This document shows, piece by piece, positions 19,702 through 29,514 of a stretch of DNA of 64,000 nt. The stretch spans positions 352,001 through 416,000 of the forward strand of contig CAWIGG010000005.1 in the NCBI GenBank assembly GCA_963835575.1, given 5' to 3'. Position 1 is the stretch's first letter. Each line of letters starts with the position of its first letter. Source of the DNA: an uncultured Spirochaetota bacterium. Lineage in GTDB: Bacteria > Spirochaetota > Brevinematia > Brevinematales > JAOACQ01. The notes beneath the pieces are model-generated. The model searched no databases, had not been told where the DNA came from, and worked only from the letters and a program-made list of their open reading frames with translations. The translations under genes and the position numbers were made by a program.

Positions 19702-21517
19702 GATACCGCTGAAAAATAGCACCTTTACAAAAACCGATTTCCTTAGATAACTTCAAGATTTAAAAAATTGAACACTTGAAGACACAAAAACAAAAATGAC
19801 GCCAAATCCAAATAAAAGTAGATGATTCTACTTCATAATTCCCTTAATTCATCTCCAAAACTAACTTTTTGACAAATCTCTTTAAATTTAAAGCACAGGC
19901 TGCCATGTAATATTGCTGAGAACGGCCTGATTCCCCTTTATATTTCATCATTCTTAAACCATGAAATCGAACCAGTGCGCTTATCGTCGATTCAACTTGT
20001 GCCCGAACTTTCATTTCTTCTTTAAATTTATCGGTCTTTTGTTCTTCTCTCCGCTTGCACAAAGTTGTGTATTCTTTTGTGATACATAATTTTCGCCCCC
20101 CGCACTTTTTACTTGTTCTTCTGACACATAACCCATAATTTATACAATTTCCGCATGTTTCATGTGAAAGGACACTTGATACGAATTACTTTTCTCACTA
20201 AAATTCCAGGAATCATTCGTCTTTCCTGCCGGACAGACAGCTTTCCGGTTTTGAATATCTATTGAAAATTTATCCAATCTGAATTCTGCCGGAACTTCGT
20301 TTGAAGTTTTTTGTATATATCCCATCAGTACCTGGTCTTTATCTTCATATTCTTTAATCGCGCTGCTGCTGATATAATTGCTATCCGCAAAGATTTTCTT
20401 CGGATTTAATTTTGAATTTTCATTCCTTCTATCCAATTCCGGTAATATTTTATTGTCATTTTCCTTGTTTGATTGTGGTATCATATCAACTATGAAATTC
20501 ACCTCGCCTTTGTTTGCTGTTTCAACGATATGGCATTTCTCGCCTGACCAGCTTGTTTTTCCTTTCTTTCCTAATTGAATGGTTGTATCCCGCGGGTCAA
20601 TTACGCTCTGCATCGGCTTTTCTATTTCATCCACTTCTATAAACACTTTTTCACCTACTTCTTTTTCTCGAATGATCACATTTTCCTGAAATACGGTTTT
20701 CATTATTTTTAGCTGTTTCAAGACTTCTTCATTTTCTATCTTAGAACCCTCAATCATCCGCGTTATTCGATAGCCATCTTCCACAATCTCCGCCTGCTTG
20801 TCCGATCTCTTCCCCTTTGACATCCCGAATGAACTGAATTTCTTTGAGTAGCGTTCAATCAAATCCGCTGGAATATTTTCTTCATACCACACGGGATTAT
20901 TTCTTTCTAATACTTCCAGTAATACTCGCACAGTTCTGAAGAGTAGTTCTGTCGTTGATATCCGGTTTAAATGTTTTACAATATGAGTCGCGTCAATACG
21001 CTGGTGTGAATTACTTTTAATCAAACCTTTTTCCCGGCAAAACTCCACCATTTTCTTAAAGGCGTTATTTTCTTCTCCATTATTCCGAAAACGCTTTCTG
21101 AAATTACAGAGTGTGCTAGAGTCAAAAATGAAAACTTTCTCGATCGGCAAATGTAATGCGTATTTCCAATCCAGCCGCAAATACACAGCTTCCGCTGCTT
21201 CTGAGTCTGACAGAGAATCAAAATATTGCAGAATGGTAACCATTGATAGAAATGCCGGTGATATTCCATTGCGTCCTTTCCTGGAGTATAAATGTTTAAA
21301 ATCCCCATCATGAAATATGGGATATATTTCCCTGGAAAATATCTTTAATGGGTTTGTTTCTTCAAGTAAATCCGACATCAAATTAGTTACCGAATATAGT
21401 TCATCCTGGCTATGTCTTTTTAAACTCATTTTATTACCCTGCAATTAATTATGTTAAATATTATGACACATTAATATAATTACAGCAATGTATGTTAATG
21501 CATTTTTCAGCGGTATC
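19702..21517 (-). mobile_element. IS1182-family insertion sequence
   Basis: 16-bp IR gataccgctgaaaaat/atttttcagcggtatc; 6-bp direct repeat AGGGAC at 19696-19701 and 21518-21523. Confidence 0.9.
19844..21429 (-). pseudogene. IS1182-family transposase, frameshifted near 20090-20165
   Basis: RLDWKYAL, FRKRF, RIDATH, ADSNY, CPAG; the C-terminal RAQVES...NLKR lies in a separate ORF, 19844..20062. Confidence 0.85.
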
Positions 21518-21647
21518 AGGGACGGCATAATAAGGCGGCTATGATAATACAGAATCGTCTTTCAAAAGCCGGATGACACACCTCCATCCAATCAGACAGC
21601 TTCGTATGAAAATGGCCTCGACCTGTTTTCTTTCTTTAGCGCGAAAT

Positions 21648-22223
21648 TTAGACCCTTAGCGAGCCGCGGAACCCCCTGACGCCATAGTAAGATTCCGCGC
21701 CGTTGTGATACACGAAGACATGGTCGTAGCGACGATCGGCAAAGATGGCGCCGCCGAGTTTTCTGATTTCAGAAGGTGTTTTCAACCAGCTCGATGTTTT
21801 CGCATCGAAATTTCCAAGTTTCTGCAGCTCTCGATATTGTTCTTCCGTTAAAATCTCGATGCCCATGGCAGCAGCCATATCCATAGCGTTATTTTCCGGT
21901 TTATGTTCTTTCCTTGACTCCAGCGCTTCACGGTCGTAACAAACATTTCTGCGGTCTTTAGGAGTTTCCGCCGAACAATCATAAAAAATGTATTCGCCCG
22001 TCTTTTTATCATGACCGACAACATCCGGTTCACCGCCGGTTCTTTCCATTTCATTGAGCGGCCAAAGTTTTTCAGTATTAGCTTCCAGCTTTGCCTGTAC
22101 TTCAGCCCATTCAAGACCTTTATGGCGGTTCATGTTTTTCTCAAAACGGGCTTTCAACACTTTGAGCAGTTCTTCACGTTGTTCCGGTGGCAAATCCTTT
22201 TTATTGCTGTTAATGTTGTTCAT
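21648..22223 (-). CDS. DUF4256 family protein
   Basis: MERTGGEPDVV, YHNGAESYYGVRGFRG. Confidence 0.85.
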   Translation of the reverse strand: MNNINSNKKDLPPEQREELLKVLKARFEKNMNRHKGLEWAEVQAKLEANTEKLWPLNEMERTGGEPDVVGHDKKTGEYIFYDCSAETPKDRRNVCYDREALESRKEHKPENNAMDMAAAMGIEILTEEQYRELQKLGNFDAKTSSWLKTPSEIRKLGGAIFADRRYDHVFVYHNGAESYYGVRGFRGSLRV

Positions 22224-22372
22224 ACTTTTATATTACCTCCTTCAATTCTTCGAAGAATGATCATTCTCAATTTCTCCAATTCTTCCTGCCGCTTTCCGGC
22301 TTTACTTAAATATACATCAGCCTTAAGCATTCTATTTGATGGTGTTTGTTCAGCAGATCTTTCATTTTTCAA
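22220..22372 (-). pseudogene. Truncated remnant resembling the YdeI/DUF1801 N-terminus
   Basis: TTG after GAGGAGG, reading KADVYLSKAGKRQEELEKLRMIIL; the stop overlaps the DUF4256 start. Confidence 0.45.
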
Positions 22373-22459
22373 AATGCAACCTCCTCATGAAGTTTTTCGA
22401 AACTTCATATAATTAATATACTATTTTCAATTCCACTAGTCAACATATCTATATTCTTC

Positions 22460-22499
22460 AGATATTATTTTGCGCCATGCATGGCGCAAAATAATATCT
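22460..22499. repeat. Perfect 40-bp palindrome
   Basis: agatattattttgcgccatg|catggcgcaaaataatatct. Confidence 0.9.
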
Positions 22500-22524
22500 A
22501 TACTTCCGCCCGAAAAACTTGCGG

Positions 22525-22805
22525 CTATCCTTGTTAAAAATGCATGAATTCTTATATTACTTTGTGATCTTCGTGCTCTTCGTGCCGGAGCCTGTCCTGA
22601 GCAGCACGAAGGATGTTTAAATTTATAGATTCGTTAAAATTATAGATATTCTTTAAAATTGAAAAAACCTTGTTCAAAAAACCGCCGCGGTCCGGCCGGT
22701 TGAAGTGACAAGCCTGAAAGACGTGCGTGATCGGAAGCACCGCCATAAACGCCCCCTTATCGCGGCCGCCCCTGTTTCCCCTTACAAATCCCGGCGTAAT
22801 TATAG
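22525..22805 (-). repeat. Leader repeat L copy 3 (degenerate core aacaaGGATAGC)
   Basis: Colinear with 14225-14500. Confidence 0.8.
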
Positions 22806-23059
22806 AATTTTTCATAAATAAAATCAATGGGCAAACGGTTGGCATAACGGTGCGGTCTTTTCATAAGCCGCCTGCTTTTCCCCGGCTTGTTGGCAGGGCA
22901 GATATTTTTTCTTATTTATGGACTTCTCTTTACCGGTACCGACAGATTGCTTCGCGCTATAATCAGTACCAAAGTACCAAGCCAGACGCTCGCAATGACG
23001 CTTGATGACTGAATATGCTTTTCTGCTTTTATTGAGGCCGCTCGGCAAGTCCTCCGTTC

Positions 23060-23460
23060 CCGAGGCCATTTTCCTCTTAACCATAATCTGGACATAAAAT
23101 ATCTCAATATTAAGTCGTGTCATCCGTTATTATAATAATAGAAGAGAGGCGCAAGTTTCTGACACGCCTGCCCTGAGTAAGCGAAGCGCATCGAATGGGA
23201 TGTCAAAACCGACGTCCAGCACCACTTTGATTGTCTGACCTCAAAGTGGTGCTGGACAGGGACGGCGTAATAAGGCGGCTATTAAATAAAAGAATCTTTA
23301 ATAAAAAGCTGGATGACACACCTCCAACCAATCAGACAGCTTCGTATGAAAATGGCCTCGACCTGTTTTCTTTCTTTAGCGCGATATTTCTTTCTTTTCG
23401 AAAAGAAAGAAATATCGCAAAACCCCCGACAGCCTGTCGTGACAAAAACCCCCGGCGGAG
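23060..23460. repeat. Hairpin family H2, intact copy
   Basis: cgaggccattttc...gaaaatggcctcg and gtgtcatcc...ggatgacac IRs, followed by a gcgatatttctttcttttcgaaaagaaagaaatatcgc palindrome. Confidence 0.85.
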
Positions 23461-23474
23461 GGTATGGACCGCAA

Positions 23475-25487
23475 TTATTGACTCAGTTCGATTCTCTCAA
23501 AATCATTCCGGGATAAAACGATAAGGGTGTTCATCCAGTTTCTTATATCGACGGCCTGCCTTTCGAGATGGATTATTCTGTCCGCCTTGAATGAAACTAT
23601 ATCATAAGAGGTCAGCAGAAGATCGTCCGTAGCCGCCCATAAAAGGTCCCCACCGGAATAGACCGCGTCAATTTTGCCCTCAGTCTGCAGACTTCCTCTC
23701 ATTGATCCATTTTTCAAATCGATTGACCATAATCTTCCGCCATTATTGATATTGCAATAAACAGTTAATAACCCTCCGGCTGCTGCCAGATGAATCTCCC
23801 GGCGGGAAGTTTCAGGAATTCCGGCCGTCCAGACCATTTTTCCGTCCGATTTCGAATAGGCATTGATACTGCCGTTTACCCTGAAATAGACGATCACAGT
23901 ATTTTCAGTTTCAAGCAGGGGGTGCGCCGGCACAGAAGGCAGGGATGTGTTCCAGATCTCCCTGCCGTCCGGGATGGAATATGCTGTCAGCCTTCCGGAT
24001 TCGTCTATGTAATACAATATGTTTTTCTCATCCAGAACAGGGGATGAATATCCGGGACCGGCTTTCGCGCTGTCGATGTGATCGATCATCTTGCCGTTTA
24101 AATTAAACAGGTAAATCCCCCTGTCCATGGTCGCGAGCGCGTATAAAGATCCGTTATGGGCGCATACCGCCCCGTACCAGACGGTCCCGGGGACGCCGAG
24201 GGTCCAGGCCTTATGAGCGCTGTTGTCATAGCTTTCGGCGGCGCCGCCGGCATTAATAAGCAGGATAGCATCCCCATCAATAACGGGCGGGACCTTCCAT
24301 CCCGCTTCCGCTCCGGTGAATTTGTTCAATTGCCTTGAATTTAAATGATAAATCCATCCGTTTGTTTCCCTGATAACGGCCAGGGTCCCATCTTGGAGTG
24401 CCATCAGCGGGACAGCCTCTCTGTCTTCAGTCAGGACCGGGTACAATAAACCGTTTTCCCGGTTTAAATCTATTGACATGGTTTTATTACTTTTCAGCTT
24501 CATTCCCATGCTCCGCGCCACTCTGCCGTTATTCCCCGCCGCTTCCAGGTCAAAGCTCATGTCCTTTTTGATTTCCAGTCCCGCGGGAGTACGGCCCATA
24601 TTTTCACCGTTGAAATAAACGGTTCCGGCAGCTCCGCTTGTTTTTATCTCCAGTATGGCCGTGTTATTTGAGATTAAAGATATTCCTTTTTCCGAAAATC
24701 GTGATAATTCTCCGTTCAAAATTCCCGTCAGCGGGAAAAGCTGCGGATTGCCTTTCTCAGGAATAAAATACATCCAGCCTTTTTTGACATGCAGTTCCTT
24801 GAAGTCTTTGCCGTTCCGCAAAACCGAAACTTCTCCTTCATATGCCGCGATTTCCACTCCCCTGTTTGTCATACTGACGCGGAAAACCGTTCCGACGACC
24901 GAGACAGTCATGCCGGAGCAAATCACATGGAAAGTCTCATCGGGCAGAAGTTTTTTTACGCTGAAATCCATACTTCCGTTTTCCAGCCTGATATCCGAGT
25001 TCAATCTGTCTTTTTTAAATGAGGTGAGAAAAACAGCCCTTCCTTCCGGGCTTAAGGAAGCCCGGAAACTGCCTTCAGCCGTAAAAACCGCCGGCACTCC
25101 GCTTTCATTAATGACCCTGTCGCCCGCGGCGACAATTGTATTCAATCCGGCCTGGCTTTTCATCCCGTTTTTCTCAATGGAAAGCCCTCCGCTGAACCGG
25201 GAAATCCTGATCTCATTTTTTTTAAAAAAGCCCGGTCTGCCGTAAAATCCGAAAAACAATATAACAGCAAGGACCGCAATCAATGCGAATGCCGCCCCAA
25301 AGGCCGGCGTTAACCGGGGGAATTCTATACCGGGCCTGCGGTCTTTGTTTTTTCTCTCCTCCAGCGCCCAGGCGCTTTCCCATGCGTTATCCATATCGGC
25401 GGCGGAAGGAACGGGCGTTCCGATGCTGTTCCTGATGTTTTTGACTATATCGTTCCTGTTCCCGGTCAAAGATATTCTTTCAGACAT
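23475..25487 (-). CDS. FecR-domain anti-sigma factor with PEGA-like and PQQ-type beta-propeller domains
   Basis: Single TM; VSVVGTVFRV...EGEVSV FecR motif; GRTP PEGA motif; DG..VW propeller repeats; overlaps the sigma gene. Confidence 0.82.
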   Translation of the reverse strand: MSERISLTGNRNDIVKNIRNSIGTPVPSAADMDNAWESAWALEERKNKDRRPGIEFPRLTPAFGAAFALIAVLAVILFFGFYGRPGFFKKNEIRISRFSGGLSIEKNGMKSQAGLNTIVAAGDRVINESGVPAVFTAEGSFRASLSPEGRAVFLTSFKKDRLNSDIRLENGSMDFSVKKLLPDETFHVICSGMTVSVVGTVFRVSMTNRGVEIAAYEGEVSVLRNGKDFKELHVKKGWMYFIPEKGNPQLFPLTGILNGELSRFSEKGISLISNNTAILEIKTSGAAGTVYFNGENMGRTPAGLEIKKDMSFDLEAAGNNGRVARSMGMKLKSNKTMSIDLNRENGLLYPVLTEDREAVPLMALQDGTLAVIRETNGWIYHLNSRQLNKFTGAEAGWKVPPVIDGDAILLINAGGAAESYDNSAHKAWTLGVPGTVWYGAVCAHNGSLYALATMDRGIYLFNLNGKMIDHIDSAKAGPGYSSPVLDEKNILYYIDESGRLTAYSIPDGREIWNTSLPSVPAHPLLETENTVIVYFRVNGSINAYSKSDGKMVWTAGIPETSRREIHLAAAGGLLTVYCNINNGGRLWSIDLKNGSMRGSLQTEGKIDAVYSGGDLLWAATDDLLLTSYDIVSFKADRIIHLERQAVDIRNWMNTLIVLSRNDFERIELSQ

Positions 25488-26055
25488 TGTTTTCCCCCGC
25501 GATCAGCTTGAGCTCCCGGATCGCCTCATCCACCCGGATCCTCGCATACCTCGAGCTGATTCCTATGGTTTTCCCTATCGCTTCAAAATCCATATCCTGA
25601 TACATATATAACAGAAGACAGTCCTTGAGATGTTTCGGCAGTCTATATATAATAGCGTCCAATACGGCCCGATCATGAAATAATTTTATGCCGGCGCTTT
25701 CCTCGCCCAGCGATTCGGCATGATCGTCGCTGTCTTCATGACGGTGGCGGATTAATTCACTGAATTTTGCCTGGACCTTATGGAAAAGTATTTTAAAAAA
25801 CCAAGGCTTGAAATTTCTGTCCGGCTTGTAACCGGCCGAATATTTAAAAACATTGATAAAAGCTTCCTGTACGGCCTCCACGGCATCGTTATGCCTCAGG
25901 CCGTAATGAAAGCAGAAGCCGTAAGCCACGGGATAATATCTCCGGTAAAGCTCTTTGAAGCCGCGTTCGGCCTGTTCCTTGAAGTTATTCTGGCCGCCGG
26001 CCGGGTTCTGCAGCATTTTCATCAGTTCTTCATCACTGCGTTCTTCATAAGGCAT
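25480..26055 (-). CDS. ECF RNA polymerase sigma factor
   Basis: DAVEAVQEAF, FKPWFFKI (region 2); LP...DFEAIGKTIGIS (region 4). Confidence 0.92.
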   Translation of the reverse strand: MPYEERSDEELMKMLQNPAGGQNNFKEQAERGFKELYRRYYPVAYGFCFHYGLRHNDAVEAVQEAFINVFKYSAGYKPDRNFKPWFFKILFHKVQAKFSELIRHRHEDSDDHAESLGEESAGIKLFHDRAVLDAIIYRLPKHLKDCLLLYMYQDMDFEAIGKTIGISSRYARIRVDEAIRELKLIAGENNV

Positions 26056-26067
26056 AACAGCTCCGGA

Positions 26068-27453
26068 TCACTTAATGTAATAATTCAAATTTAAAGCCAA
26101 GCCGCTTCCGGCCGGAATAATCTGGAAAGAGAAATCCCTGCTTTTTTCCTGGATCGCCTTCATCTGCTCCGCATAAAACCAGCTTCCGGCCGCCAGCGCG
26201 ATCCAGAACCCGCCGGTGATAAGCGAGGCGGGAAGATAGAAATCCCTGTACGGCTTGATCTGGTCCCTGTAATAGGAACGGGGATCATTCCGGACAATAT
26301 TATCCGACACAAAATAACCGTAGACGCAGTAGGCGCATATGCCTGCATCGGCCAGCCACAGACCGCCGAAAATCAGGGCCATCCAGTAGTCATGCGCCTG
26401 GATTTGAACAAGGCCGGGCAGAAGCAGGTCCCACGCCGGGGAAAGACCGGAATAATTGATGCGCGGATGGAAATTATTTGCGTCAAAATTCAACGCGGAG
26501 GGAATTCCCTCGGAAATATATATTTTACGGACATCCGTTTCCAATTCCTTGTTCCTGAGAAAAAAACGGTAATATGAGCCGGCCGGCAGTCCATTCAGGA
26601 TAAATGTCTGTTTCTGGGATATATCCCCGGTTTTTCCGCCGTCATACCAGACTTCCGCCGGACAGACGGATGACTGGATAAAAACAGGCGCCGTGGGGTA
26701 ATAATCGATCGATACGTCCCTGTCCTTTGTCAGCAGGATATTGGTGCGGAATACTTCAAGGCCGTCTGTTTTCCTGCGGAGGGTCAGGTCGAAAAGAGAG
26801 CCCGCCGGCAGCTCCTTGCTGTAAAGCGGCGAGGCCGTTCCATCCGGACTGCCGCCTAGAAACACATCATAGGCCGCGGTCGTGTTTGTTGCCATGATTT
26901 TCAATTCCGTCATCGGGACGTCCTTCCCGGCCAGAAGAACTGCCGTGTCCCGGCGGACATTATCTATCGTATCCAGGAGGCTGTTCCCCGTGTTCCCTTC
27001 GTAGCGCCTCTTGAAAATAACCTCGCCGCTCGCTGTGTCATAGGCCGAAACGTTTATTTCAATCTTCATCTGCTTCGCGTCTGTCTGGTAGCTGCCGAAA
27101 ACAACCTGCCGGCACCGGAGCGTCTGGCCGATCCGGACGGCAAGATCTGTATCCGGGCCCTTTTTATCGAAAAAACCGCCGTCCCTGGCCGCCTTATCGG
27201 AAACATCGAACGGGATGATCTTCGACCCCGGCAGTCTGGAAAAGAATGAAATGAATGAACGGGTCAAAAGGACGTTCATCTCGCTGTCCAAAGGGCCTTT
27301 ATTGATAAACCCGATAACAGCGGTGCTTTTTGACTGGGCAGAAAAAGACATGACCGGCGGAATGAGCGTAAAAGATAGAAACAGGATGAACAGATTTAAA
27401 AGTGAGAGTAATTTCTCATTGTTCAAAAAAATATTTCCACACGCCTTCACCAA
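26068..27453 (-). CDS. Exported protein with TolB-N/CsgG-like domain, PEGA-like domains and C-terminal hydrophobic helices
   Basis: AVRIGQTL...VVFGSYQ...DTASGEV; LLPGLVQ membrane motif. Confidence 0.6.
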   Translation of the reverse strand: MVKACGNIFLNNEKLLSLLNLFILFLSFTLIPPVMSFSAQSKSTAVIGFINKGPLDSEMNVLLTRSFISFFSRLPGSKIIPFDVSDKAARDGGFFDKKGPDTDLAVRIGQTLRCRQVVFGSYQTDAKQMKIEINVSAYDTASGEVIFKRRYEGNTGNSLLDTIDNVRRDTAVLLAGKDVPMTELKIMATNTTAAYDVFLGGSPDGTASPLYSKELPAGSLFDLTLRRKTDGLEVFRTNILLTKDRDVSIDYYPTAPVFIQSSVCPAEVWYDGGKTGDISQKQTFILNGLPAGSYYRFFLRNKELETDVRKIYISEGIPSALNFDANNFHPRINYSGLSPAWDLLLPGLVQIQAHDYWMALIFGGLWLADAGICAYCVYGYFVSDNIVRNDPRSYYRDQIKPYRDFYLPASLITGGFWIALAAGSWFYAEQMKAIQEKSRDFSFQIIPAGSGLALNLNYYIK

Positions 27454-27554
27454 GAAGCTCCTGGATACTTTCCAGTATTATAGCACAATAAGATTCGCTT
27501 GTAAAATCAAAGATTGAACTATTGCCTGTTCATTGACAGTCTTTTTTACATGTA

Positions 27555-27586
27555 AAAAAAGTCTGTCCCGGTTTCCCGGGACAGAC
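27555..27586 (-). terminator. Rho-independent terminator
   Basis: Minus strand gtctgtcccgg-gaaa-ccgggacagac followed by a T run. Confidence 0.85.
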
Positions 27587-27608
27587 CGTCTTTTATCATT
27601 GATATTTT

Positions 27609-29144
27609 TTACTGCAGCTGGTATATTTTGACCGTTAATTTTATATAGCCGCTCGTATAAACTTTGTTTGTATATTGTAAAGGGTTGGCCAATAAATTGG
27701 AAACACTGAGAACATTTGTATAACTGCCGCTGACGGAGGGAGCTCCAGGGCCTTCAAATTGACCACTGAATTGGCCGGTGCAAGTAATCTTATCGCCCGG
27801 GCTGGCGTTGGTATAAGTGATAAAATAGGCATTGCTGATCTGTCCCCAGGGTTCCGGGAGATAATAGTTGTTGCTGTCCTGCACCGTTATCCCTGAACCC
27901 ATGCTCAGGTTACCTATCGAACCGCCACTTATCGTAATGGTATTGCTGATGACAAAATTGGTGCCTACCGGCGGTATGGCGGGAATGTTTGTTCCGGTAT
28001 AAATGGCCGCCAGTTCGTCTCCCTGCCTGTACACAATCGCGTCGCCATTGTTCTTCAGGTAATAAAGATGAAAGGCAACCGGAACTCCCACGGTAATGTC
28101 GTTCTGGTTTGTCAGGGAGGATATCCAGTCTATGAAACCATTCAGGCCGTTGATGTATTGTCCCCCTGTTACGTCTGTACCCCGCATAATGGCCGTCATT
28201 GTCGAGTGCTCCATCACGTTGCTGCTGGTCTGGGATAAGCTGGCATGGGCGTTAAAACCCCAGCCGCCTACATAGGCGTCCAGCGCCGTCCTGACGTCCT
28301 GTTCCGCGTAATCCGATTCAATGCAGAGATATCCCATCCTGCCGTATTCCACCGAACCGACGTAGACGGGACAGACATTCCCGGAAATTTTATTCTTGAT
28401 ATCGTCGAACGTCACCGAAGACGCAAAAAGCCGATCGGGATCGGCGGGCTTGTCCATATCGGTGCGGTACAGCACCTGCGTAAACTTGACCAGGACCCGC
28501 GTCTTGGCCGTGCTGCTGTTCCAATTGTAACTCGCGTTGATCGAGGCGCTTACGCCCCAGCCGCTGTAACCGGCGCCGAACCCCAGATTGAAGCCGATAT
28601 CGCTGGAACTATACAGGTAATCCTTCTCGAAGCTGATGGAGCCGGGCTGTTTCCTGACCAGGTCCTGCGAGATCAGCGTGCCCAGCGCCCCGACATAACC
28701 CGATTGCGTCCCGTCGCATGTATTGGTATTTGTCACCCCGGCCAGGGAGACTGAAAATCTAAAGGGAGCGCGGTCAAAGACGATCTCATTGACATTGCCT
28801 CCCGGAAGCGCCGCCGCGTCGACGATCTCTCCCAGCCAGAAGTAAGTATCGTCCAGCACGCAGCCGTCGTAATAATTCTGTCCCTGGCTGATCCTTATGA
28901 TCTTATAGTCTCCGCCCCAACCAGCCGGCACAAACGGCCTGTCGGCCCCGCTGTAATTTGTCCCGAGGTCCTGTTCGTTGGTATAATTGCTTCCTGACGG
29001 AAGCAGGCTCATAGCCCCAATGCCGTCGTTAATGCTCTTGCCGTTATCGGACGGAGGCGCCACAGGGGCGGGGACCACCGCGCACCCCGACAACACTATG
29101 AATAACCCTATTACCGGTATCAGATTGATTAAAATCTTTTTCAT
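27609..29144 (-). CDS. Thiol-activated cytolysin (CDC-like) family lipoprotein
   Basis: Lipobox LSGC; VKFTQVLY, PVYVGSVEYGRMGY and GVPVAFHLYYL match the CDC core pattern. Confidence 0.8.
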   Translation of the reverse strand: MKKILINLIPVIGLFIVLSGCAVVPAPVAPPSDNGKSINDGIGAMSLLPSGSNYTNEQDLGTNYSGADRPFVPAGWGGDYKIIRISQGQNYYDGCVLDDTYFWLGEIVDAAALPGGNVNEIVFDRAPFRFSVSLAGVTNTNTCDGTQSGYVGALGTLISQDLVRKQPGSISFEKDYLYSSSDIGFNLGFGAGYSGWGVSASINASYNWNSSTAKTRVLVKFTQVLYRTDMDKPADPDRLFASSVTFDDIKNKISGNVCPVYVGSVEYGRMGYLCIESDYAEQDVRTALDAYVGGWGFNAHASLSQTSSNVMEHSTMTAIMRGTDVTGGQYINGLNGFIDWISSLTNQNDITVGVPVAFHLYYLKNNGDAIVYRQGDELAAIYTGTNIPAIPPVGTNFVISNTITISGGSIGNLSMGSGITVQDSNNYYLPEPWGQISNAYFITYTNASPGDKITCTGQFSGQFEGPGAPSVSGSYTNVLSVSNLLANPLQYTNKVYTSGYIKLTVKIYQLQ

Positions 29145-29514
29145 TTTCTACCTCCACTATTACCGTAAGACCATGTCCGCGCGTCCGGGGCGGGCCCTGC
29201 CCGAAAAAGCGCGCTTTTCCCAGGTGTTCACGGTTCTGATATTAATAGCGCGGAAATTAATCAAAATTGAACTAATTTTGTATATTATTGAAACAGCGTG
29301 ATTTACAAACACCAGCAGGCAGGCGGAAAAGCGACCGGACTGATCCAGCCCGGCAGGCAATTCAAGCATTTTCATTTTGATTTTCCCCGGTCTAAAAAAG
29401 GGTTATACTTCTAATTTATTTATTATATCATAAACTCCCTTCCGGCGGGGACATACCTGAGGTATGGTTTTTATAAAACAGAAAGGAGCTGCCTGCGGTA
29501 TGTGTTGCCGGTAA

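Larger units (their letters stand above)
19565..21645. repeat. Hairpin family H2 copy split by an IS
   Basis: 19565-19701 joined to 21524-21645 reconstitutes the element seen intact at 23060-23385. Confidence 0.8.
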
